In this document: positions 37,501 to 47,839 of the stretch, piece by piece | Numbering within the stretch: position 1 is the stretch's first letter | How the letters are laid out: every line of letters starts with the position of its first letter | From: Selaginella moellendorffii | Taxonomy: Eukaryota; Plantae; Lycopodiophyta | Length of the DNA: 63,659 nucleotides | NCBI RefSeq assembly: GCF_000143415.4 | Contig: NW_003314431.1 | Coordinates: 64,597-128,255, forward strand | Direction of reading: 5' to 3' | Position numbers and translations under genes: made by a program | The notes under the pieces: model-generated | The model's database searches: none | What the model saw: the letters and a program-made list of their open reading frames with translations, nothing else | Told to the model about the DNA's origin: nothing

Positions 37501-40500
37501 GCCGGTCAACCACTGCAACACAAAGACTGTCGAAGGGATCAGAAAAGGGAAGAGCAGAACAAGACAGAAACATAGGAGGAAATAGTGGGGAACAAAAGTA
37601 ATGGAAGCAGAAGTAGAAGTAGAGGGACGAAGAGGTACAGAAGTGAGAGAAATAGATGAAACATAAGGAAGTATGAGACGAGGGGGAGAATCCTCAAAGT
37701 CACATTTGGCATGATTGCGCTGCAACCAATCGATACCAAGAATGAGGTCAAAAGCTTGACTCGACACCACCTGTAATGACTGCAACTTAAGCTTGAGATC
37801 ACCCGCACGCACAACTAGGTCTGCCTCATCCCGTGCACATGCATGTGTACGGCCGTTGCCATAAAGAATGAAAATTGGTAATGCCGAACGACGCAAGTGT
37901 AAACGGCAACGCGTGGCAATAGATCGAGCAAGATCGAGCAGGTATTACGAGCTTTGCACCAAACATAGCTACGCACATATTGGATAATATCACATCGCAT
38001 CTCCAGCCAATAGAAAGACCTGCATAGCTTCTCGGTCACACGACGATGTCCCATATGCCCACCTCAAATAGGAGAATCATGGTAGGCATGGAGAAACTGT
38101 GGGATAAAAACAAAAGGCACCACCAGCCATAAATGATCATCAGGATCCGTCCCTACAAAATAAAGAAGGCCATCTTCAAGGCAATATTGAGAATGTAAAT
38201 GCCAAAAAGGCAAGACATCAGCAAGTGATGCAGGATTCTTAAACACATCTTGAAGCCTTTGAATCCATGGCTCAATCTTTTGAGCCTCGCGAACCTCATC
38301 AAGAGAAGGTAGATCTTGCTCTACGCCTTGTGAACACTGAACGTCAAATACAGCAACCGCCGACAGCACAAAATCCTTTTTAGAAAATCCACAGATGCTA
38401 GAACAACAGGCTTGTCAGAAATATGAGAAGAGATTGGAGAAGGAAGAGGAGCTCAAGAAAGGGCATCAACATCTGCCATAGAACTCCTTGAGCGATGAAC
38501 AACATCATAATCATATATTTGAAGCCCACCGAGCAGTACGACCAACCAAGTTTTTCCACTTCAATAATGAAGTAATAGCAGCATGGTCACCTTCAAGTAA
38601 TGTCCGAGAACCATATAGATATGCATGAAGTTTCTCGAAACCCCAAACTACCGCTAAACATTCCTTCTCTATCGTGGAGTAGTTCACCTCTGCTGGTTGT
38701 AACATACGGCTTATATATGCAATGGGATGATGTTGACCAAGCACACTTGGGCTTTCTTGCATCAACACACCTCCAAGACCAATATCAGAAGCATCTACGC
38801 GCAAAATAAAAGGTCGAATGTAGTCAGGATATGCCAAAACCGGAGGAGTCATCAACAGCTCTTTGAGATCCACAAACACCCACTCACAATCTAAAAACCA
38901 GATGAAAGATGACGTTGATGACTTCAACAATGCTTGCAATGGTGCAGTGTGATCAGAAAGATAATCCACAAAACGATCGAGATACTGCACTTTGCCTAGG
39001 AAGCGCTGCACATCATTCACACACTTCAGAGTAGGGAACTTTAGAACAGCCACAAGTTTGTTAGGATCAACTTGCAAACCCTCACGAGAAATACAGTACC
39101 CAAGATAAATCGTGTCCTTGGACCCAAACACGCATTTCGGCCCCTTCAGCTTTAAACAAACGTCCCGTAGCTGATCCAACACTTTACACACATCATGAAT
39201 GTGCTCCTCCCACGTCCCCTCCGAGTGAATCAAGACATCATCAATGAAGTCAGCAGTCACCTTTGGCATATCACAAAGAACCTCGTCTATCATCCGCTAG
39301 AAAGTTGCTGGAGCATTGTTCAAACCAAACGGCATCACCAAGAACTCGTACAAACCAAACGGTGTACGAAATGCAGTCTTAGGAATATCTTCTTCGGCCA
39401 TCGATACTTGCCAATACCCAGAAGCAAGATCTAGCTTGGTGAACCAACGACTTCACCCCAGACAATCCAAAAGATCAGTAGTGTGAGGAAGAGGGTACAC
39501 ATCTAGGATCGTAACTTCGTTTAACGGATGATAGTCGATGCAAAAACGAATACTCCCATCAGGCTTTGTCACAAGATGAGGTTCACATGCCCAAGGACTC
39601 CGCAACTTTCGAAAAACACCCTTCTCCAACATCTCCTTAGGTGACTGATAATGAACAAGAACCTTGACTGGATGAGCATCCCCGGTTGGAATCAGATGAC
39701 ATATGGCAATCTTGGCCCCAAATGATAGATCAAATTTAAAGAGATCAGAATACTCCTTCATGAGCCGGTCAACCACTGCAACACAAAGACTGTCGAAGGG
39801 ATCAGAAAAGGGAAGAGCAGAACAAGACAGAAACATAGGAGGAAATAGTGGGGAACAAAAGTAATGGAAGCAGAAGTAGAAGTAGAGGGACGAAGAGGTA
39901 CAGAAGTGAGAGAAATAGATGAAACATAAGGAAGTATGAGACGAGGGGGAGAATCCTCAAAGTCACATTTGGCATGATTGCGCTGCAACCAATCGATACC
40001 AAGAATGAGGTCAAAAGCTTGACTCGACACCACCTGTAATGACTGCAACTTAAGCTTGAGATCACCCGCACGCACAACTAGGTCTGCCTCATCCCGTGCA
40101 CATGCATGTGTACAGCCGTTGCCATAAAGAATGAAAATTGGTAATGCCGAACGACGCAAGTGTAAACGGCAACGCGTGGCAATAGATCGAGCAATAGAAG
40201 ATAAACTCAAACCTATATTAACCAACACAGAGAGAAGAATAGAAGACCTCTTGTTATAAAAACAAGCTTGGAAAGTAAACACTGGATGAACCGGTGCCCA
40301 GTGAACCCCTTGATGATACTCCCGAAAGAAAGATGGAGAGGTCACTGACTTATTCGTGCAAAGTCCCTCCATTACTCGTGTGACTCTTCGTTTCCCAGAT
40401 GCATCTCAGTGTCCAAACCTTCCACTACAGTAGCACCAATAGGACATTGCTAACGCCAAGGTCTCCACCCAGGAAATGGAGGTCGCCAATCTGGAAAACG

Positions 40501-41698
40501 CCGACAACACCAATAAGTATGACCAACTTCATCACATGCCCAGCAGCGAACATCATGACCATGACCATGTCTTAGCCCTTGTCCTTGGACTTGAGCAGCA
40601 GCATCATCAACTTGTATTAGAACAGGACCATCACCCATAGAAAGGGGAGTTGAAGGACGGGTAGTGAAAAGTGGAAGAGGCGACGTCTCATAACGTTGTG
40701 CTAAGCGAAGAGCATTGTCAAGGGTGGCAGGAGCAAGTGCATGCACAAGTCCGACAAGATCTTGATGAAGTGCTGGCCACAACATTCCTAGCTTGATCCG
40801 CTCCAACATACTTGGCTCCGCACGAAGCAAAAGACTTCAGAAACAAACACCAAATTGCATCACTGACTCAAATGGCCCTTGGCAAAGACGATGCAATTGT
40901 TGGAAGGCATCATCATAATCGTCAGCATGTCTGAAGGCACATTTGAAGACGTCCGGGAGAACACTCCAATCCTCACGAGTGGCTGCGCTCAAACCATTGT
41001 ACCACTGCAATGCTGTCCCTTGAAGACACATGGGAAACTCACGCAAACATCGAGCATCATCCCAAGAATGATACGTGGCAATCACCGTGAAGTGATTGAA
41101 CCAATGGTACACATCATCCCTAGGATTCTCGTGAAAGAACTTTGGCCGAATGCGAGGATTAACACCAAGAGTAAGAGGAGTTGTACCATGTGCCGTGAAC
41201 GCCACCATCAACTGAGTTTGGTTGTTCAATTGCAAGTGCATAACATCAAGCAATTGTACCAACTGCTGCTCCAGAGTCAAAGGAGGAGATTGTTGATCTG
41301 CCATGAAGATGAATGAAAAAAGATCAAAAGAAGAAAAATGACAAAAAACGAAAAGGAAATGGGAGATCTAGACAATGAAAAAAGCTAGATCTAAACCAAA
41401 ATCTTGAAAATGAAGAACAAAAGAAAGGAAATAAAAAAAGTTAAATCTAGACAATGCAAAAGCTAAATTTAAACCAAAATCCCAAATTCAAGCACTCCTC
41501 AGGTGCCCCTCATCTCCACCAATGTGAGTGCTTGGAATATGAAAAGGGAATACAAAAAATGTGCATATCAATTCGTTCAAAAACTTTAACTTATATATAG
41601 GAGCGAGTGGTCCGGATTGAAACTAATCTGACAGCTACCAAAATCCCACTACGCTAATATTAGTATATGGCATTGTAGTTGTACACTTGGCCCTCACA
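34503..41698 (-). mobile_element. Ty3/gypsy LTR retrotransposon, non-chromovirus, short (~176-bp) LTRs, tRNA-Ala PBS, decayed gag-pol with internal tandem duplication
   Basis: 5' LTR 41698-41523 (TGTGAG...CTCACA); PBS TGGTGGAGATG (41521-41511); gag 41304-40450 with CWACDEVGHTYWCC knuckle; RT (FIDD), RNase H (VDASDIGLGG, EKECLAV), integrase (FDLMGP, SDNG, PQSNGLVE, WKGPY); PPT GAGAGGAGGGGATGA 34660-34646; 3' LTR 34645-~34503 (truncated). Confidence 0.9.
35678..40193. repeat. Near-identical tandem duplication, period 2263 bp (35678-37930 and 37941-40193, with a 10-bp filler at 37931-37940)
   Basis: ORF pairs 35801/38064, 36248/38511 and 37190/39453 are each offset by 2263; only a few substitutions seen. 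Confidence 0.95.
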
Positions 41699-42622
41699 GT
41701 TTGTAATAATAAATTTTCAATCTAAATACAATGTAAAGTATGAAATACTATTAAAAAAACTAACCATTGTTTCATGCAACCATAGACAATTATTTAAACA
41801 TCTTATTAAATATACATTTTTAAAATAAATAATGTTAAAACATTTTGGACTAAAGAATACTCTTCTATCAATATTAATTTATTTATTAAAAGCCTTATTT
41901 TAAAATAATATTAAATTTTATAACTTATTTTACTATTTCTCCAATTAGAATTAATTAAAACTTTAATGGACTATTTTTATTTTTATTTTTTATTTTTTTA
42001 CTTTTTATTTTTAACAAAAAAAAGAATTAAATTTAAAACTATATAACAAATGATTCACTAAAGCCTTTGCCTCTCTTTTGACATTCTTTATTTACCCTTA
42101 CTGCTATAACTATAATGAAAAAGTAATAAAGAATTTATATTTATAACTAATTATATGGAAAAATAAGTATAATACAGTTTTTAGAAGAACCAGATAATTT
42201 TATTTTACTTATAGTCAATTAAAATATTATAAAATTTTAAAGAGAGTTGTTACTAATTCAAAATTGATACAATATAATATAAATTTTAAACTGTGAAAAA
42301 CACTTGGTAAAGAAGTAATAATTAAAACACTACATAAACCAATTTAACATGAAGTTATGGAAGAAAGTTTTTTGGGATTTCATTTCCATAATGATTTTTG
42401 TATCACACCAAGATACACATTTTGAAGTACTGGAAGAAATATTATACACTCTGCAAGGATTTTATGCTTTATGAAATTCATTTGAATTTCCAAATACAAA
42501 ATTTTCCAAACTCATGGATATTTGATTTTGGGATTTATATGCATGAGCACTTGGAAGCAATGTCTTCAGTACATGAAAATATAAAGAGAAAGAACTTGTT
42601 TATAAAATTCATGCAATCTCAA

Positions 42623-42643
42623 AATATTCTAGAATATTCTAGA
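42623..42643. promoter_or_regulatory. Orphan heat-shock element array
   Basis: AATATTCTAGAATATTCTAGAACC, the same core as the sHSP promoters, with no intact sHSP to its left. Confidence 0.75.
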
Positions 42644-42649
42644 ACCAGC

Positions 42650-43200
42650 CTGCGGACCATCTCTCCGGGCTCTCTTAGCTCGTCTCCAAAGCCTGGCGCC
42701 AGGTCTATGGTGACAAGATCGCGTGCCCCGTGAGCACTTTTCGGCTGGATTTTCTCACGAATTCGAAAGAAGTGTGGGCAGCAACGTTGAAAGCTTGCTC
42801 CTAGTGGAAACCTCACAAACCCGAGATGATCGTCACCAATCCAGTCACTCGCTGCTACCACTGAACTGGGCTAAGGATTCAATCGCGTCAGTCGCCAGTT
42901 TCCAAGCGTTCCCAGACTCCAGCTTCCGGGTGGTCTATGGCTCTACCCCAGGGGAATCATCACCGACGAAGTGACGACCTTCGACAACTTAAATATGGAT
43001 TTTGCAGCGATGAAAGCCACATTTTCTTCATCACAGACTACTCGCTCAAGTCTGTATACTTCCTTGATCGTCACTCGGTGGTGAGGATTCCTGGCCTTCC
43101 CCCGGAATTCATAATCAATCTCAAGCTCTTCGATGTGCTCTCGTGCGAAGTGCCAGGTTTTGTGATTCTTTCCATTTCTTCTTTGTTTTTTGTGCAGGTG
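42650..43200 (+). pseudogene. Second F-box pseudogene relic, paralogous to 32941-33400
   Basis: Shared blocks gggcagcaac...gcttgctcctagt, gatcrtcaccaatcc, ttcccagactc, gattttgcagcgatgaaa with 33027-33310. Confidence 0.55.
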
Positions 43201-43451
43201 TCTCGGCCGAGAGGACTTTCGCCAACGATTGAAACTCGTACAAACTCTTCCAATCACAGAAGATCGTACATGAAACATACTGAAACTCTACATATTAGTT
43301 TTTACAAATGTGATACATCTTTTGGATAAGAGGCTCGGTCACAAAGAGTCCCCACCGATCTTACTGCCCACTCGCGAGATCTCGTAAAAAACAGAGAAAG
43401 GATGCATTGAATTTGATGACGTTGTATATCTGTTTTCCCTGGATCCATGCG

Positions 43452-43530
43452 TGCAGCGGTACCAGTGCTCGCCACTGGCAAATGCGTACCATGGCGAAAG
43501 ATCTGTCTAGAGAGACCAGTGACGATGTAG
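43452..43530 (-). pseudogene. Relic of the exostosin gene 5' end and spacer, duplicated together with sHSP
   Basis: tgctcgccactg...gcaaatgc...ccatg...aagatctgt...ctagagag...ccagtgrcgatgta matches 32105-32236. Confidence 0.6.
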
Positions 43531-43570
43531 CTTTTATTCTAGATTTCCATTCTTTCCAACAGCCCTAATT

Positions 43571-44017
43571 CTACTCTACTTGGATAGTTCTTGGCTGTGG
43601 CTTGGGGATCTTTGGAACTGTGACCGTGAGGACGCCATTCTCCACATGGGCTTTGATCGCCTCCACATTGGCGCTCTCGGGCAGTCGGAATTTCCTCAGG
43701 AAGCTCCCATAGCTGCGCTCCACGCGGTGCCACTTATCGCTCTTCTGTGCCTCGTGCTTCTTCCTCTCGCCACTGATCTGGAGAGTGCGGCCATCCTCCA
43801 CGCTGATCTTCACCTCCTCCTTGCTCAGCCCCGGGAGATCGGCCTTGAAGACGTGCGCTTCGGGCGTCTCGAGCCAATCCACGCGAGTGTTGGCGACGGC
43901 GCTCGCGTCCCTGGCCATCTGCTTCGACGGCTCGTGGCCACCAGCCAAGATCGACGAGAGCTCCTCGAAGGGATCGAAGATGCTGCTGCCATTGCCACCA
44001 TAGAAATGCAAAGCCAT
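43571..44017 (-). CDS. Cytosolic class I small heat-shock protein, copy 2
   Basis: 148-aa ORF, near-identical to copies 1 and 3. Confidence 0.97.
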   Translation of the reverse strand: MALHFYGGNGSSIFDPFEELSSILAGGHEPSKQMARDASAVANTRVDWLETPEAHVFKADLPGLSKEEVKISVEDGRTLQISGERKKHEAQKSDKWHRVERSYGSFLRKFRLPESANVEAIKAHVENGVLTVTVPKIPKPQPRTIQVE

Positions 44018-44092
44018 GTCTGGAACTTAGAAGACGAAGAAGAGATTTGTGACTTGCTATTGATCGATACTGGGGCCAAGAGACTGCTCCAC

Positions 44093-44168
44093 TTTTATAT
44101 AGAGCCAAGAGTGTTCCAATACATTCTAGAATATTCTAGAATAGTGATATTCCAGAAGATTCTAGATC
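44093..44168 (-). promoter_or_regulatory. TATA box plus HSE array of sHSP copy 2
   Basis: TATATAAAA on the minus strand; TTCTAGAATATTCTAGAA and TTCCAGAAGATTCTAGA. Confidence 0.9.
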
Positions 44169-44359
44169 AACTTAAACTATGGTTATGGTTAACCACATAC
44201 GAGTCTACATTACAAACCCTTCTCGTCTTCCACCCAATATTTCCCATCTTATGGACTGCCCGAAGTCCCGGGCAAACCTATCGGGATTGTCCGCATAAAA
44301 CTTCACCAGTCCACTCGTGAGTTGACTCTCAAAGAGGTCCTGGTCAGATGTGAGAAGAC

Positions 44360-45234
44360 CATTTACCAGTTATCGAAATTAAACTGGAAGCCCCTGTCAA
44401 ACTCGACTGTGTTGGCGGTGAAATCTCCTCCAAGAGGGCATTTTTTCCGGAGATATGGCAAATGGTATTTTTGAAGTTGTATATGCCATTAAATCGGCCG
44501 TTGGCGAAAGTAAAACACTTGGAGGTCCCGACTGTGTGAGCTCCTACCAAGAACTTCTGTAAGAATTTGTTAAGATAGTTTAATTCATTCAACCTGATAG
44601 AACAACGAGATCTTGAATGGATAAGCCTTGGTTCCTAGAGCTGCAGCATCGAACGATGGACCTCAGTGTTGTGCTTGCCAGATCGAACCATCGTAGCGCC
44701 CAGTGACTACTTCATAGTGCCGGCCGCCCATCTAAAATGTCATATGATCATTCGAGAGGAAAAATTCAGTGCTTTCAATCACTTAACACAAAAACGATCA
44801 AAGCGATGCTAACCTTGACTGTCGAATTCCTGGCACCGATGGCAATTGTATCGGCACACGACACCACTCCTCGTCAATAACTTCGAATCCCCGCGCTGAA
44901 GTGTTGTTTGGAGGGGAGAACTTCTCGACGTTGGTACCATCTGTTGGAGTTGAGTCGAGAAGGATAGACTGTGAGTTGATCAAAATCCAAGAACATTACA
45001 CAACATATCTATATCGGAGAGAGATTAAGTACGTTAACGAAGCAGTCGTGAAAGTGCAAGCGTATCAGTCCCGGCGGGACTGTTGCGTAATCGCCGCTCC
45101 ATCGGGACAAGTTTGTGCGTATCCAAATCCAATGTCTCCAAATCCAATCGAGTGTGACAAAGCTCCCTTGAAGCTGAATGAAGCAAAACCATGCAAAAGA
45201 TCAAGATTCGATCGCTCGAATGTGTGGAAGCCAT
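44360..45234 (-). pseudogene. Class III peroxidase pseudogene, paralog of 23824-25066
   Basis: [65 protein letters not shown], with frameshifts and deletions. Confidence 0.88.
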
Positions 45235-45567
45235 GGATTTTTGATATAGAAGAAATAGCTTGAAGAGCAATGACTCTTTGCTTAGTTTGGGCAGTGTGGC
45301 TGACCTTTATATATGAATTTCGGTTTGAACAAACGCGTCTTGATTTGTGTCCCGTGCTCCTTGAGTACAAATATTGCCAAGTTTTGAGTGTTTTCCTCAG
45401 GTTTTGAGAAACGCTCCAGAGATGGTTCTAGACAATAATTTATATACGAAAGCTCCCAAGAAACTTCGGCCACTACTAAATCATTTTCTTTCCAAACATC
45501 CCGCAATTACTGTTTTCTTTAACAAAATAGACCCTAGCTGAGAAAGTCTATTTGCCATCAAGACGCT

Positions 45568-46380
45568 TTAAATGGTGGCTAGCAAGACATATGGCGCTGT
45601 TGAGTTCGAATCCAATGCCAGAGCTTGCTCCGCCGCTTGAACACCAAGTTTTCCTTCCAAGCCCTTGTGATTCTTACAAGAGCCTAGCAAGCTTATCCAG
45701 TCGACTTCATCTGGAATAAATGGAGCACTGGAGACGAGCTCTCGAGCATCCCTGATTCTCCCAGCTCGGCAGAACAATCCTGCCATGCAGCCATACTGCT
45801 GCTTGCTCGGGATCATCTCGAAATCTAGACAGAGCGATTGAATCCCACAGGAACATCACCAACACGCTAGAACGCTTGTGAAAGTTGCATCGTCTCGCTT
45901 AACACCGTCAACTTGCATGGATTTGAATACTTCTAGGTTCTTCGAATGTTTTCTGTTGCTAGAATACATTGCAAGAACAGCCGTCCATGAAACTGGGCCT
46001 CGTTCCGGCATCCTGTCAAAGAGGAGTTTAGCTTTGGTAAGATTCCCTCTCTGAGAGTAACCCGAAAACATCGCAGACAAAGTTCTCTCGCATTGATTTG
46101 AAAACCCTCCACCTCTCTGTAAGATGCCCAACTTGGGAATATATCGAGAGCATCGCATTCCATGCCACGAGGCTCTTTTCCTCCATCTTGTCAAAGATGT
46201 TGTGATTCTTCCAGATACCCTATTTGGGCATATGAGTGGTCCAAGTCACCGCATTGTGATACCTGCAAAGTATCCTTATGTTTTTCAGATAGCCATTCTG
46301 GGAATATCCAGTCAGCATTGTATTCGGCGAAACGATATCCATCGTCAAAGTGTTCTACTTTGGGTATATACGGCTAGCAT
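45568..46380 (-). pseudogene. PPR (PLS/E) pseudogene
   Basis: Frameshifted pieces LLFDRMPERGPVSWTAVLAMYS, ATFTSVLAC, YGCMAGLFCRAGRIRDA...WISLLGSC, APYVLLA. Confidence 0.8.
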
Positions 46381-46417
46381 CTTCGAGTTTTCCGTTCAAT
46401 TTTAAATAAAATCAATT

Positions 46418-46439
46418 TGCTGGCTCTGGGGTTCGAACC
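46418..46439 (-). pseudogene. 3' fragment of tRNA-Leu (T arm and acceptor half)
   Basis: atttgctggctctggggttcgaacc matches 30689-30713 with one mismatch. Confidence 0.7.
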
Positions 46440-46534
46440 TCAGTACAAACAAATGGGAAGATGACGGCAAAGAAAAGAGGGCTCTTTATTTGACATCTCT
46501 TTCTCAAGAGCCCTAATTCACAAGATCACACTTC

Positions 46535-46981
46535 CTACTCTACTTGGATAGTTCTCGGCTGTGGCTTGGGGATCTTTGGAACTGTGACGGTAAGGACGCC
46601 GTTCTCCACGTGGGCTTTGATCGCATTCACATTGGCGCTCTCGGGCAGTCGGAATTTCCTCAGGAAGCTCCCATAGCTGCGCTCCACGCGGTGCCACTTA
46701 TCGCTCTTCTGTGCCTCGTGCTTCTTCCTCTCGCCACTGATCTGGAGAGTGCGGCCATCCTCCACGCTGATCTTCACCTCCTCCTTGCTCAGCCCCGGGA
46801 GATCGGCCTTGAAGACGTGCGCGTCGGGCGTCTCGAGCCAATCCACGCGAGTGTTGGCGACGGCGCTCGCATCCCTGGCTATCTGCTTTGACGGCTCGTG
46901 GCCACCAGCCAAGATCGACGAGAGCTCCTCGAAGGGATCGAAGATGCTGCTGCCATTGCCACCATAGAAATGCAAAGCCAT
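46535..46981 (-). CDS. Cytosolic class I small heat-shock protein, copy 3
   Basis: 148-aa ORF differing from copy 2 at only a few residues. Confidence 0.97.
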   Translation of the reverse strand: MALHFYGGNGSSIFDPFEELSSILAGGHEPSKQIARDASAVANTRVDWLETPDAHVFKADLPGLSKEEVKISVEDGRTLQISGERKKHEAQKSDKWHRVERSYGSFLRKFRLPESANVNAIKAHVENGVLTVTVPKIPKPQPRTIQVE

Positions 46982-47055
46982 GTCTGGAACTTAGAAGACG
47001 AAGAAGAGATTTGTAACTTGCTATTGATTGATGCTGGGGCCAAGAGATTGCTCCA

Positions 47056-47142
47056 CTTTTATATAGAGCCATGGACAACTCTAGAGTGTTCCAATCCATT
47101 CTAGAATATTCTAGAATAGTGATATCCCAGAAGATTCTAGAT
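47056..47142 (-). promoter_or_regulatory. TATA box plus HSE array of sHSP copy 3
   Basis: TATATAAAA on the minus strand; TTCTAGAATATTCTAGAA...CAGAAGATTCTAGA. Confidence 0.9.
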
Positions 47143-47192
47143 CAATTAAGCTATTGCTTAACCATAAAAATAACTGAATTAACAGTTTCTAA

Positions 47193-47266
47193 TGTCTGAG
47201 CCCGGGTTCGAACCGGGGACCTCTAGTGTGTGAGACTAGCGTGATGACCAACTACACCACCCAGAC
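47193..47266 (-). tRNA. tRNA-Val(CAC), identical to 25123-25196
   Basis: Exact reverse complement of the first copy. Confidence 0.97.
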
Positions 47267-47839
47267 TTATTTGTTTATTCGCTTATATTTTCATCGGTTT
47301 AATTATACCTTGATAATTTGTATTTGATTTCAGAAGCATTCGATAACTTTGGAAACAAATAATTTTGCTTCAATATTACAGAAGATTACAAAGCACACTA
47401 TGAAATATCACAGCACCCGGCAAAAAAATTAGCGAAAGTGGATCCAATTTTGTTGGAAAGAATCGACGTCGTCAAAGAGGTTGTGTGCTCCAATTCTAGG
47501 CTGTGAGGAGATTTCGTGCTTCTTCTTGGTTCCATGGCTTGCTTCAGTCAAAGCCAGGCTTGGCTTGGCTGGCTTTGCAACTCTATAGAGATATAAAGAG
47601 AGCCAATGTTACCTATCGTTGGATTTTTATTGGCACAGCAAACGCAGCTTCCCAAAGTGTCGTTGCAAATGGAACTCTGTAAAGCTTCTCGCAGTCTTGT
47701 CTGGAGAAACAAGAGTTTTGACTTGGAAGGAAGCCTCCTGAAGAAACATCAAAGAACTTAGTCCCGGAGACGAGGAGAACTTGAAAATCAGCATTGCCGA
47801 ACCTGAGCCTCTTGGGAGGTTTTCTCTCTTCGTTTGCTG

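Noticed and set aside
43580-44320. 246-aa plus-strand ORF antisense to sHSP2 (and similar ORFs over the other sHSPs, PPRs and TolB)
   Set aside because: Shadow ORFs expected from GC-rich codon usage; they run through promoter DNA and differ in length between copies.
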